A stretch of 56,197 bases of DNA. It comes from a virus. Its lineage: Duplodnaviria > Caudoviricetes. Positions 1-7,887 of this stretch are shown here, in pieces. A program made the translations under genes and the position numbers. The stretch lies in the IMG/VR virus record IMGVR_UViG_3300041809_000302, positions 1-56,197 of that record. The stretch is one strand, 5' to 3'. The notes below the pieces were generated by a model that did not search any database, was not told the DNA's origin, and worked only from the letters and a program-made list of their open reading frames with translations. Positions within the stretch are counted from its first letter, which is position 1, and each line of letters starts with the position of its first letter.

Positions 1-180
1 CCCGGACCCGAACCCGTACCCGGACCCGGACCCGTACCCGGACCCGGACCCGTACCCGGACCCGTCCCCGTACCCGGACTCGAACCCGTCCCCGTACCCG
101 GACCCGAACCCGTACCCGGACTCGAACCCGTCCCCGTACCCGGACCCGAACCCGGACCCGAACCCGTACCCGGACTCGAA
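1..180. repeat. Degenerate hexamer tandem repeat, (GGG-TAC/TTC/TCC/GAC)n on the minus strand
   Basis: Directly visible cccgga/cccgaa/cccgta/cccgtc units encoding Gly-(Ser/Phe/Tyr/Asp). Confidence 0.95.
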
Positions 181-222
181 CAAATTCTGTGGTACTTCAC
201 CGTAGATTACGTGACTTTCCAT
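1..222 (-). CDS. N-terminal part of a Gly-rich repeat protein that continues across the contig junction into 56197..55691
   Basis: ATG at 222 after a GGAGGAG SD; translates MESHVIYGEVPQNLFESGYGFGSGFGSGYGDG... with no stop before base 1; codon phase matches the open frame at the right end. Confidence 0.8.
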   Translation of the reverse strand, partial: MESHVIYGEVPQNLFESGYGFGSGFGSGYGDGFESGYGFGSGYGDGFESGYGDGSGYGSGSGYGSGSGYGFGSG

Positions 223-264
223 GTGACTCCTCCTAGCGCGAATTGGGAAAAGGTATGCATAGTT

Positions 265-555
265 TTACGCCCAGAAACCTGCTTCCCACTTCTCAGAAGC
301 CGCCGGGGTTACGGTAATTACCGCTGTGACTTTATTCAACGTGATGCTAGGCACGGCAGGGCCAATCTTGCAATCTTTTGATGGCCCAGTTGCAGCCAGC
401 CCCATGAATCCCTTCACGTCGGCTGACCAGTAAACACAGTTCCGCGCTCGCTTGATTGTTATGGAGCCATTCACGGGCGGCTCGCTCATGTACCCGAAAA
501 ATACGCCTCGAAACTCGGTTGTCACCATTACGGCCTGGTCTGTTTTTTTGGTCAT
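265..555 (-). CDS. Conserved phage protein (DUF6948-like), typical neighbour of G-Y-G-D-G repeat proteins
   Basis: V-x-VTT-x-x-RGVFFGY...AR...W...G...LA..GP motif; good SD. Confidence 0.65.
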   Translation of the reverse strand: MTKKTDQAVMVTTEFRGVFFGYMSEPPVNGSITIKRARNCVYWSADVKGFMGLAATGPSKDCKIGPAVPSITLNKVTAVITVTPAASEKWEAGFWA

Positions 556-583
556 ACCTGATCTCCTTCGTCAATCTTAATTT

Positions 584-799
584 TTACCAAAGCAACCCAC
601 GAATCCCTTGCGGGATGGAATTAAGCAGTCCGCCTCGCTTCTGGTGCAGTTTGCAGATGCGGTGCCCGTTTACCAGTTCCCCGGCATTTTGGCAACGAAT
701 CGGATGTTTCAAGTAGTACGGCATCTTCATCACCTCACAGCGCACGTCAGGCTCAAGTGTGCGGTCAATCACGTAGCTGAGATACCGTTTCCTGCTCAT
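584..799 (-). CDS. Hypothetical protein (Cys/His motif)
   Basis: Start overlaps the ERF stop; C...C...CxxH residues. Confidence 0.5.
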   Translation of the reverse strand: MSRKRYLSYVIDRTLEPDVRCEVMKMPYYLKHPIRCQNAGELVNGHRICKLHQKRGGLLNSIPQGIRGLLW

Positions 800-1917
800 T
801 AGGAGCTCGCTGGTGGCGTCATTACCGCATCATAATCAAGCACCGGTTGGTTGTTTTTGTATCGAATACCGGAAATCTCCTCAATCCCTGCCAGTTTTGG
901 GTACTTCGGGTCTGGCTGAATGTTGAAGATGCACAATTTTGTCCGAACATTTTCCTTCGCCAAGACTTCGTTTACTTTCGCGTCAAAGCTGTAAATGTCG
1001 TAATTCTTAGGGTGGTTGTCGTCAAAAATCTCCAAAATTGCATAGGTTCCCTTCTTCGGAGGTCTTTGCTGTTTCCAAACCAGTTCGTTTACCCGGCAGG
1101 CAATACGTTCGTGTGGTTTTGCGGCCTCTGGGTCGGGAATGAGCTTAGAAGCGCCTTGTACCCCTGTTTCCGGCCCCGCAATGGCCGCTTTAACGGAGGT
1201 TTCGAGCGTCTGTTGTAGAGGTTCCTTACTGGCAGCCCACTTGACCAACTCTCCTAGCTCGTCTCGCGTCAGATCAGCAGGCGCTCCGGCGCTCCAACGA
1301 GTCCTCAAGATGGTTGCCAGTTGCTCGGGAGTTTTCCCCGATCTCTTAAACATCGCATCGAATGCAGCGATTAGATTAGCCGGAGCCTTACCGCCGGATT
1401 TCTCGGCAAAAGCGCCTTCAGCTTCGGCTATGTCCTTTGGTTTTTTCCCTGATGCTGCATTGCCGTCATCGTCGTCGTCTCCAGCAACGTTCAGAACTCC
1501 TTGATAAGAGTAGCGTTTGGCGTAAGTGATGGCTGAGCCGGCCCCTTGGGCGTCGGCCTTGGCGATCGGCAGCGTCAAGTCGCCTTCCATCCATTCCCCG
1601 GAACTGTGGGCAATCATCGTAGTGGCGCCTGCTCTGGTGCCGTTCATTAGGGGGAATTGGGTAACGATCAGGCCATTCTTTGCCAAGTACGGCCGCGTGG
1701 CCTTAATCAGTGCTGCCAAGTCAGCGTACTTGCTCTTATAGAACGGGTTGGTAGTGTCTTTCGAGATTTCCTCGAACTCGCTGCTAGCTTTGGCGAGAGC
1801 TTCCGCCAGTTTCGCAATGCTTGCACTTCTGCGTACTGGGCTAGTGTTAGGATTTTCAATGACGTACGCACTTTCGTACTTGTTGCTCACGTCGTTTCCT
1901 TCGTATTCGTCAGACAT
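799..1917 (-). CDS. erf: ERF-family single-strand annealing protein with C-terminal extension
   Basis: NPFYKSKYADL, HSSGEW and QGAGSAITYAKRY..DDDDGN are ERF superfamily motifs. Confidence 0.9.
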   Translation of the reverse strand: MSDEYEGNDVSNKYESAYVIENPNTSPVRRSASIAKLAEALAKASSEFEEISKDTTNPFYKSKYADLAALIKATRPYLAKNGLIVTQFPLMNGTRAGATTMIAHSSGEWMEGDLTLPIAKADAQGAGSAITYAKRYSYQGVLNVAGDDDDDGNAASGKKPKDIAEAEGAFAEKSGGKAPANLIAAFDAMFKRSGKTPEQLATILRTRWSAGAPADLTRDELGELVKWAASKEPLQQTLETSVKAAIAGPETGVQGASKLIPDPEAAKPHERIACRVNELVWKQQRPPKKGTYAILEIFDDNHPKNYDIYSFDAKVNEVLAKENVRTKLCIFNIQPDPKYPKLAGIEEISGIRYKNNQPVLDYDAVMTPPASS

Positions 1918-1938
1918 TGTTTCCTTCGCTTTTCTCCG

Positions 1939-2187
1939 CTACTCGCACGGGTGGTAATGGTATTTGTACTCAAAGTCTGTGAAAGTTCCCCGACAGATGG
2001 AGCAATCGTTACGTTTGGCAAAAAACTGCTCGAAATCTTTTTTCGCTTCGGATTCGGCAAATGTTCGGGAATGCCCTTTATATTCAAGTATTTGCTGCAT
2101 TTCCTTGATGGTCATTGTTCGCAGGTGTGGACATCGCTCCAAGACTGCCCAGCGTTCCCGATCACTCATTTCATCGTCAAATGGCAT
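1939..2187 (-). CDS. Hypothetical protein with C-terminal CxxC...HxHxC zinc-binding motif
   Basis: Operon position; CSIC...YHYHPCE. Confidence 0.55.
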   Translation of the reverse strand: MPFDDEMSDRERWAVLERCPHLRTMTIKEMQQILEYKGHSRTFAESEAKKDFEQFFAKRNDCSICRGTFTDFEYKYHYHPCE

Positions 2188-2539
2188 TTCCAATCCTCAT
2201 TCCAATCAGAAGTTCCTTCAAATCGACTGTGATCTTCATGCGCCGTACTTCCAGCAAATGCTTTGCTCGCTCAGGGAACTTATCCTCAAACCAGCCCACA
2301 GCCTCCAGCGGATGTTTATGCCAAAAAAGATGGCAACCGGCACAGCCGCAGAACGAATTGTCCATGTCCCAGCGCAGCGACAAAATGCCTCGTGTGATGA
2401 CGTGGCACCATTGCAGATGCGAGGTACTGCCGCAGCGAATACATTTGTAGCCGTCGCGCTCAAACGTTCGTTCCCGAGCGAGCGCATCTAGTTCTTTTAT
2501 CAGGACGTTACGCGCCTTAACTTTGGATGATTGCTTCAT
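2177..2539 (-). CDS. NinG/Rap-like HNH-fold recombination endonuclease
   Basis: RDxxxCIRCG...CH...R...LRWDxxN...CxxCH pattern; next to ERF. Confidence 0.75.
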   Translation of the reverse strand: MKQSSKVKARNVLIKELDALARERTFERDGYKCIRCGSTSHLQWCHVITRGILSLRWDMDNSFCGCAGCHLFWHKHPLEAVGWFEDKFPERAKHLLEVRRMKITVDLKELLIGMRIGNAI

Positions 2540-2547
2540 ATCAAACC

Positions 2548-2712
2548 TTACTTAAGTAGCCACACAAACAAGTGAACCACTGCCCACCAGAAAGCGGAAA
2601 AGACAAGCAGCGATCCGGTGATTCCCACCCACTTCCAGGCGCGGTTAAACTCCACCCGCTCTCGGGGTTCAATCTCAATTACTTTGACTCTCGTTACCCA
2701 AGTGAGCGACAT
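2548..2712 (-). CDS. Small membrane protein (54 aa, below ORF-track cutoff)
   Basis: MSLTWVTRVK...WKWVGITGSLLVFSAFWWAVVHLFVWLLK; one TM helix; fills an operon gap. Confidence 0.55.
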   Translation of the reverse strand: MSLTWVTRVKVIEIEPRERVEFNRAWKWVGITGSLLVFSAFWWAVVHLFVWLLK

Positions 2713-2754
2713 ATCAGTTCTCCAATTCTTCCGTTTGGCTTACGCAGATGTAAT

Positions 2755-3426
2755 TTATTGCTCCCTAGTCGGGATTTGGCCCCAGTCCTCGGTTACTTCA
2801 TCGTTGAGATAGGCAGCCAGGCGCTCGGTCTGCCACTTTTGTTCTGCCTCCGCATCCACCGCCGCCTCCCCGTAATCCGTCGCCGCCGCCCGCGCCGCCG
2901 CCTCCACCGCCGTCGCCGCCGCCCACGCCGCCTCCTCTGCCGTCGCCGCCGCCCGCGCCGCCGCCTCCATCGCCTTCGCCGCCGCCCGCGCCGCGGCCTC
3001 TACCAGCGCGGCCTCCACCGCCTTCGCCGCCGCCCGCGCCGCCGCCTCCACCGCCGCCGACCGCGCCCGTGACGCCGCCTCCACCGCCGCCTCCACCGCC
3101 GCCGCCGTTATTTGACCGCGAGCGTATGCGCGAGCAGCTTTGATAGCTTCTGCGGGGCGCGTATTCTTGGGATAGTATTTCAGCCAAATGTGCTGCACGT
3201 GCTCAGCACAATCGGCGACAAACAATCTGCAAATCTTGTCGCCGCCATCGACTGCATGATCCATCGCCCACAGGCAATCATCTAGGCCGTTCGTTGCCAA
3301 GATTCGTGCCAAAGGTAGGTTTGTTGACATGCCAAAGCTCTTTCCGACAGCTTTTCGTAGGTGCTTGTAACGGTCCACGCAAGCGCCTGCATCCTTCAGT
3401 TTTTGTAATGTAGTAGTGAGCATCAC
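2755..3426 (-). CDS. Imm5-like domain phage protein with Ala-rich repeat insert
   Basis: ADCAEHV...RPAEAIKAARAYARGQIT motif, then ~11-aa AAARAAAxAxE repeats and AEQKWQ..RL tail. Confidence 0.7.
   Translation of the reverse strand: MMLTTTLQKLKDAGACVDRYKHLRKAVGKSFGMSTNLPLARILATNGLDDCLWAMDHAVDGGDKICRLFVADCAEHVQHIWLKYYPKNTRPAEAIKAARAYARGQITAAAVEAAVEAASRARSAAVEAAARAAAKAVEAALVEAAARAAAKAMEAAARAAATAEEAAWAAATAVEAAARAAATDYGEAAVDAEAEQKWQTERLAAYLNDEVTEDWGQIPTREQ
2858..3107. repeat. GC-rich imperfect ~33-nt tandem repeat encoding Ala-rich helix
   Basis: Repeated ccgccgcccgcgccgccgcctcca units. Confidence 0.85.
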
Positions 3427-3821
3427 GCCTCCTCAAAACCGGTGCTTTCTTCTCCCAGCATCGTATTCCAGCAGTCTTTATCCCAACAGTCCTTATCATT
3501 GACAACCGCATCCAGATCGGCGCTGCTGGGTTTGCCTTCTGCCCTTGACACCGCAGCCTCAGCCGCAGCAATGTTCCGGTCTAAGTAGCCAGAAAGTCCG
3601 CGTACCGCTTCTTCTGCCGCCGGCACTAGCTTAATTACCCGCATATCTCCGGTATCTTTCTCGTCTCTGGTGGCATCTGACAGCCCATACAAGGCGCCCT
3701 TATACCCTAGATGTATTTCCCAACCACGGAATATTCCCTTCGAGTCGGACGATTCGCTGACCACCCCCAGAATCGTCAGTCCCTTGCAGCCGATCGTGTA
3801 AAATTCACCTTTTTGCATCAT
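3423..3821 (-). CDS. Hypothetical protein
   Basis: AAGGAG SD; stop overlaps the next start. Confidence 0.7.
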   Translation of the reverse strand: MMQKGEFYTIGCKGLTILGVVSESSDSKGIFRGWEIHLGYKGALYGLSDATRDEKDTGDMRVIKLVPAAEEAVRGLSGYLDRNIAAAEAAVSRAEGKPSSADLDAVVNDKDCWDKDCWNTMLGEESTGFEEA

Positions 3822-3894
3822 ATTGGCTCTCCTTCGGTCACTTTGAATGCTTCCTGAACCAGAGTATTAAACTGATCTTCATTCTCACGTTTTC

Positions 3895-4245
3895 CTAACT
3901 GTTCAGATAATGCCAGTCGTTGCCATAGGTTGCGAGATGATAGCGTGTGTATTCAGGTGCAAATTTGCGCCCCGTTTCCGTGATGTGCGAACTGATGCGA
4001 CTGTGGAGTGCATCTAAGAAATCCCGCTGCCATCGGCGTGCCTCGAGAGTTTGATTGCCAGTCCTGATAGCCTCGAGACGAGGCCTAATCCAAGCAATGT
4101 AGCTATGCCGTGCTTCGGTCGGTACATCGGCGTGCGAGAATGCCTTGTGCTGCGCGTGCCATCGTGAGTTATCAGCGCGGCATTCTGGACAGTTATTGTG
4201 ACTCATCCGCGAGTCAATGTGCTGCTGATGTTCTGACGTTCGCAT
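3895..4245 (-). CDS. Hypothetical protein
   Basis: GAGGAG SD; 116 aa with CxxC. Confidence 0.65.
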   Translation of the reverse strand: MRTSEHQQHIDSRMSHNNCPECRADNSRWHAQHKAFSHADVPTEARHSYIAWIRPRLEAIRTGNQTLEARRWQRDFLDALHSRISSHITETGRKFAPEYTRYHLATYGNDWHYLNS

Positions 4246-4463
4246 ACTGTGCTCCTCGTCTCAGCAGTAGGATGCCAGCCGAATCCTCGCTTTATAGTAA
4301 GTGTATTCCCGCGTGCATTCTGACCAGAAAGTTCATGTAGGCCATGATCAGAACCTGTTCAAGTGTGAGAGCGCATCGCGTTGTCTTGATTCGCCACATA
4401 ACGGCCTCATCAGTGACCGCTCTTACGGTCAGACACGCACGATACGTTGTGCGTGTTTCGGCC

Positions 4464-5060
4464 TTACGCTTTGGCTTGCGAGGCTGACGGCGGTAAGGCC
4501 GAATCCTCAACTAATGTGTCATCCGATACGCGATAGACTGGATACGGTGCTTTCTCGTCTTCAAACCAATCACCGTCTAGGCAATAGGTTTTTGGACCGT
4601 CTGCACACGGATGATTGATGTTTCCCGCACCAGGAGCACACGGAGAACAGAACTGTGCGTGAGTGTAGTACGGTGATTTCGTAATGAATATCTCGGTGTT
4701 GTCGAACGCGGAGGATAGCTCGTATCCGTCCTTGTTGTAGCTCATGCCAAGCATTTCCTCGCTATACACGTCACTGGAATCAAGCAGTAGTTTGCAATCA
4801 ACACAGACGAAATCATCGCATCCGTGTCCCATGTAGCTTTCCAGTTCCATTTCTCGCCATCCGTCTGGCAGTTCATCGGTGACTGTGTTGCCACATTTCG
4901 GACACGTGGGCTTACCATAGTCTTCGTCAAACGAACCATCGTAAACACAGTCAAGGTTGAGAGAATTGATGGATACCACGCCATAGCGAATGCCAGTCTT
5001 CTGGTCAACGTTCGACTGGCCTAATCCGTAGTCAATGCCTTTGTAGCTAGTCTGTGTCAT
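4464..5060 (-). CDS. Hypothetical protein with Zn-ribbon insert; first gene of the leftward transcript
   Basis: TGIRYGVVS...CPKC...CVDC...CSPCAPGAG; follows the leftward promoter. Confidence 0.75.
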   Translation of the reverse strand: MTQTSYKGIDYGLGQSNVDQKTGIRYGVVSINSLNLDCVYDGSFDEDYGKPTCPKCGNTVTDELPDGWREMELESYMGHGCDDFVCVDCKLLLDSSDVYSEEMLGMSYNKDGYELSSAFDNTEIFITKSPYYTHAQFCSPCAPGAGNINHPCADGPKTYCLDGDWFEDEKAPYPVYRVSDDTLVEDSALPPSASQAKA

Positions 5061-5092
5061 ATTCAGCCTCGCAGATTGAATTTACTGTGAGG

Positions 5093-5121
5093 ATTATGGC
5101 ATACATACCAAAACCTGTCAA
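5093..5121 (-). promoter_or_regulatory. Leftward sigma70-type promoter
   Basis: Minus strand TTGACA-N17-CATAAT with extended TG. Confidence 0.8.
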
Positions 5122-5131
5122 GCAAATTCGG

Positions 5132-5160
5132 TTGACAAACCAAAATTATTTTGCTATGCT
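5132..5160 (+). promoter_or_regulatory. Rightward sigma70-type promoter
   Basis: TTGACA-N17-TATGCT with extended TG; predicted +1 coincides with GTG at 5167. Confidence 0.8.
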
Positions 5161-5166
5161 CAGTAT

Positions 5167-5598
5167 GTGATTGAGAAGATTGGCAATCAAACGATTGGCA
5201 GGTATCAGTGTTCATGCGGACATGTAATGAGTTCTCGCAATTTCCCCGTGCGCTGCTCAAGATGCAGGCATGGAGCTGATTACGTCAAAGGCACAACAAA
5301 ACGTGGCCCAAAGCCTAAACTAGACTCAAAGCGTTCTCCTAAGCCTTCAGAACAGCCGCAAACAGCATTCATGACACTCGGTGAACTAAAACAGAAACTA
5401 GCTCTCGACAAGCTTCAGGAGACTGGCATTGGCTTTGTCTCTCCGAAAACTTATGACGACATCGCGGTTATATGCACGCCCGAGCAGCTGGTGGCAGCAA
5501 CGGCATGGCCGCCTGAGATTTGTTTCCACGGTATTCGGTTAATCAAAAATCCGTTCATTCCAGACGGAGAAATTTATCCGTTTGAAAAATGGGACTAA
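5167..5598 (+). CDS. Zn-ribbon protein, possible regulator (leaderless)
   Basis: YQCSCGH...RCSRC followed by basic KRGPKPK. Confidence 0.65.
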   Translation: MIEKIGNQTIGRYQCSCGHVMSSRNFPVRCSRCRHGADYVKGTTKRGPKPKLDSKRSPKPSEQPQTAFMTLGELKQKLALDKLQETGIGFVSPKTYDDIAVICTPEQLVAATAWPPEICFHGIRLIKNPFIPDGEIYPFEKWD

Positions 5599-5619
5599 TG
5601 AGGGGGACTGGAGGAGAGC

Positions 5620-5934
5620 GTGAGCGAACTTAGAGGCTTGGACAATTGGATTACCGGTCATTACGGAGAAGATCAGTACCGTAACGATCCGCCTGAGATT
5701 GAAGACGAAGGATTGAGCGTTCTTCAGTCAGCGATGGATTACTTACAACCTCGTGCTGACGCTGACGAGGATGAACAGTTCGTCGGAGACTACGAGGCCT
5801 TTTCAATCTTGACAATTGCTTACAACGACATCCTTCAAGAATACACCTGTCACTTCTGCGGAAAGCCAATCGCTCGCCGGAAAGACAAGTTCTGTTCACA
5901 TGGTTGCTATCGCGCAGATCACGAGGGACTTTGA
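5620..5934 (+). CDS. Hypothetical protein with C-terminal CxxC...FCSxxC zinc finger
   Basis: GGAGG SD; CHFCGKPI...KFCSHGC. Confidence 0.7.
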   Translation: MSELRGLDNWITGHYGEDQYRNDPPEIEDEGLSVLQSAMDYLQPRADADEDEQFVGDYEAFSILTIAYNDILQEYTCHFCGKPIARRKDKFCSHGCYRADHEGL

Positions 5935-6161
5935 ATCTAATCCTCACCCGCGACGGCTTAGAAGTGGATGGGATAAACGCACGAATGAAGGTTTTGCTGG
6001 ACAAAAAAGGCCGCTTATCGGAGCGGCCCAAAACAAAGTCGAAAGGAAAGTTTATATGGCAAAGCATATCACGAAGTCTCTCGTTGCGAAACGAGAATAC
6101 TACGACGGAAGACTCTCCGCTATTCCCATCGAGGTACAGTTTTGGACAAAAGTCTTTCTGA
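5931..6161 (+). CDS. Hypothetical protein
   Basis: TTG overlapping the previous stop, GAGGG SD. Confidence 0.4.
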   Translation: MNLILTRDGLEVDGINARMKVLLDKKGRLSERPKTKSKGKFIWQSISRSLSLRNENTTTEDSPLFPSRYSFGQKSF

Positions 6162-6235
6162 ACGAACCGAAGAAGATCATTACGAAAACGCTGAAGATTA
6201 GGGGAAAACATGACAAGAGCCGAGAGAGAATATGA
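6056..6235 (+). CDS. Small basic hypothetical protein
   Basis: ATG after AAGGA; MAKHITKSLVAKREYYDG... Confidence 0.45.
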   Translation: MAKHITKSLVAKREYYDGRLSAIPIEVQFWTKVFLNEPKKIITKTLKIRGKHDKSRERI

Positions 6236-6279
6236 GCGATCTATAGCGGAATCAGTTGAACGCCCCCGTCAGAATCAGT

Positions 6280-6309
6280 TTGAAAACAAGCAGCCCCTCG
6301 CGCTAAACT
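6280..6309 (+). promoter_or_regulatory. Putative sigma70 promoter with upstream GAATCAGTT direct repeats (6249, 6272)
   Basis: TTGAAA-N18-TAAACT; predicted +1 at GTG 6316. Confidence 0.5.
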
Positions 6310-6315
6310 CCTAAC

Positions 6316-6555
6316 GTGCCATCACAGACTGCGAAGGGCAAACCACACCGAATTACCACGCGTGAGCAAGCGCTTCGATACTTATGGATCAAGGGCGCCA
6401 GGCACGCGCATCGCGCTATCTTGTTGTCGGGCAGGCAGTTATGCGTCGAGGCAACAGCAGCGCACAAGCGAAACGCAGCTGCCAGGCGCCAGCAGCGCGA
6501 AACGCTCGCGAAGCTAGGCAAGCAAGGCAGGACCGGCAACACATTCAATAACTAG
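6316..6555 (+). CDS. Basic hypothetical protein (possibly leaderless)
   Basis: 79-aa Arg/Lys-rich ORF beginning 7 nt after a -10 box. Confidence 0.5.
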   Translation: MPSQTAKGKPHRITTREQALRYLWIKGARHAHRAILLSGRQLCVEATAAHKRNAAARRQQRETLAKLGKQGRTGNTFNN

Positions 6556-6846
6556 GCATGGCGGAGAGGACGGTCTTCTCCTCTGCAGCCAGGCAACTGC
6601 GGCAAACAAAGGTCTTACGCTGGACTGATACCGTTGTACCTCGCCTAGCAGTGGTATCAGTGCCTTCGAAGTACACACCTGATCGTCCCTAAGACAATGA
6701 AAGCAGGCAAGTTCCCCACGGCCGGCCTTCGCGGGTACCCTTAGCCGAAACCGCAAGCCCCCCCGGTCGCTCAGCGGGATAGGGGTGAAGTGCATTTGCG
6801 AGCCCCCACGTATTTTTCTGGTGTTTTTTAGTGTCGTTTTTTGCCC

Positions 6847-6885
6847 TTGACGTGCATGTTGTGCATGGTATACACATCGTACATG
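6847..6885 (+). promoter_or_regulatory. Putative promoter with GT(G/A)CATG operator repeats
   Basis: TTGACG...TATACA; GTGCATG at 6852 and 6861, GTACATG at 6879 overlapping the RHH start codon. Confidence 0.5.
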
Positions 6886-7062
6886 CCAGATATAGTGGTG
6901 AGGGAGTTGGAGGGGGAGTTGGTGCGGAAGGTGAGGGCGGATGCTGCCATGCGAGGGGAGAGTTTGAAGGAGTGGGTAGTGAGGGTGTGTGAGGAGGCAA
7001 CGAAACCTAAAGTTGAGGGTCGGCGGCAGGATAAGGCCAGGGGTGAAGGGAGGTTCTCGTGA
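6883..7062 (+). CDS. Ribbon-helix-helix (Arc/FitA-like) DNA-binding protein
   Basis: MPDIVVRELEGELVRKVRADAAMRGESLKEWVVRVCEEA matches the RHH pattern. Confidence 0.8.
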   Translation: MPDIVVRELEGELVRKVRADAAMRGESLKEWVVRVCEEATKPKVEGRRQDKARGEGRFS

Positions 7063-7172
7063 TTCCGCTACTCTTATTTTTCGCTGGGGTTGGGTTGCAC
7101 ATTACGGGGCACTGGGGATGGGGGACGGTGTGTTTTGTCGGGGTAGCGGTGGTACTGGTAGGCAGCTTGTGA
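7059..7172 (+). CDS. Small membrane peptide (37 aa)
   Basis: GTGA coupling at both ends; MIPLLLFFAGVGLHITGHWGWGTVCFVGVAVVLVGSL. Confidence 0.5.
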   Translation: MIPLLLFFAGVGLHITGHWGWGTVCFVGVAVVLVGSL

Positions 7173-7363
7173 TCGTTAAGATTGTGACCGAGGCATGGAT
7201 GTGCACGATCTGCGGGGGTAAGTGGTTGCCGCGGAAGGATGAAGTCAAGAGGTGTGTAAAAAAGGGATGCCGCAAACTGGACAGCTATTCAGGAGCGCCA
7301 AGTGGGAAAAACAAAGAAGCATTACGACGACTTGATGAATCAAGAAGTATCGAAATTCTCTGA
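7169..7363 (+). CDS. Small Zn-ribbon protein
   Basis: CTICGGKWLPR...RC...C; GTGA-coupled start. Confidence 0.55.
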   Translation: MIVKIVTEAWMCTICGGKWLPRKDEVKRCVKKGCRKLDSYSGAPSGKNKEALRRLDESRSIEIL

Positions 7364-7550
7364 GCAGGATGTGGATTACCGCCGGTCTGGGGAGGATGAG
7401 GATTGCGGCAACTGCATTCATTTTATGGTTCGGAATATCGACCATCTCGGTGTCTGTGAGATAGTTAGGCCGGAAGAGGACGGCATCGATCCAGACTGGG
7501 TCTGCGATTTCTGGACTTCAAATGGAAGGGATTTTCCTTTACTGAAATGA
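7302..7550 (+). CDS. HiPIP-like (high-potential iron-sulfur) domain protein
   Basis: Y-x7-CGNCIHF-x9-CEIV-x6-IDP-x3-CDFW matches HiPIP four-Cys spacing. Confidence 0.65.
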   Translation: MGKTKKHYDDLMNQEVSKFSEQDVDYRRSGEDEDCGNCIHFMVRNIDHLGVCEIVRPEEDGIDPDWVCDFWTSNGRDFPLLK

Positions 7551-7798
7551 ATTTGCCAACTTGCCCGAACCATAAGCAATCCGTATCTCTCTGTGCACAA
7601 AGCCGGTTGCGCCTGGTCAGCGAAGGACCGCAAGCCTTTTGCTTCATGTGCAACTGTTGTAAGGTGGTCTGGATGGTCACCAAGCCAAAAGTCAAGGAAG
7701 AGTCACGCTGGACCAACCAGTGCCGCAGGATCCAGCAGGCTACGGAAAGGGAGCGCGAGATGGCCCGGAAACGGGCATTCTCGTTTGCCAGGGTATGA
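7547..7798 (+). CDS. Cys-rich hypothetical protein
   Basis: ATGA coupling; CPNH...C...FMCNCC. Confidence 0.6.
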   Translation: MNLPTCPNHKQSVSLCAQSRLRLVSEGPQAFCFMCNCCKVVWMVTKPKVKEESRWTNQCRRIQQATEREREMARKRAFSFARV

Positions 7799-7887
7799 AT
7801 CACTGGTTTTTGTGTGACGTGCTCGAAGGGCTGTTCATATTTTTCATGGTATATCTCTGGATCCGTATCAGCGGAAGGAGGAAGTGA
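7795..7887 (+). CDS. Small membrane peptide (30 aa)
   Basis: ATGA coupling; hydrophobic LEGLFIFFMVYLWI. Confidence 0.4.
   Translation: MNHWFLCDVLEGLFIFFMVYLWIRISGRRK

Noticed and set aside
1-180. CRISPR array
   Set aside because: Contiguous hexamers without unique spacers; no cas genes.
2572-3187. Arg-rich (2572..3072 +) and Gly-rich (2798..3187 -) ORFs
   Set aside because: Shadow frames of the GC-rich Ala repeat in 2755..3426.
6622-6710. Hammerhead ribozyme
   Set aside because: CTGATA/CTGATC do not match the CUGANGA core, and GAAA is not correctly placed.
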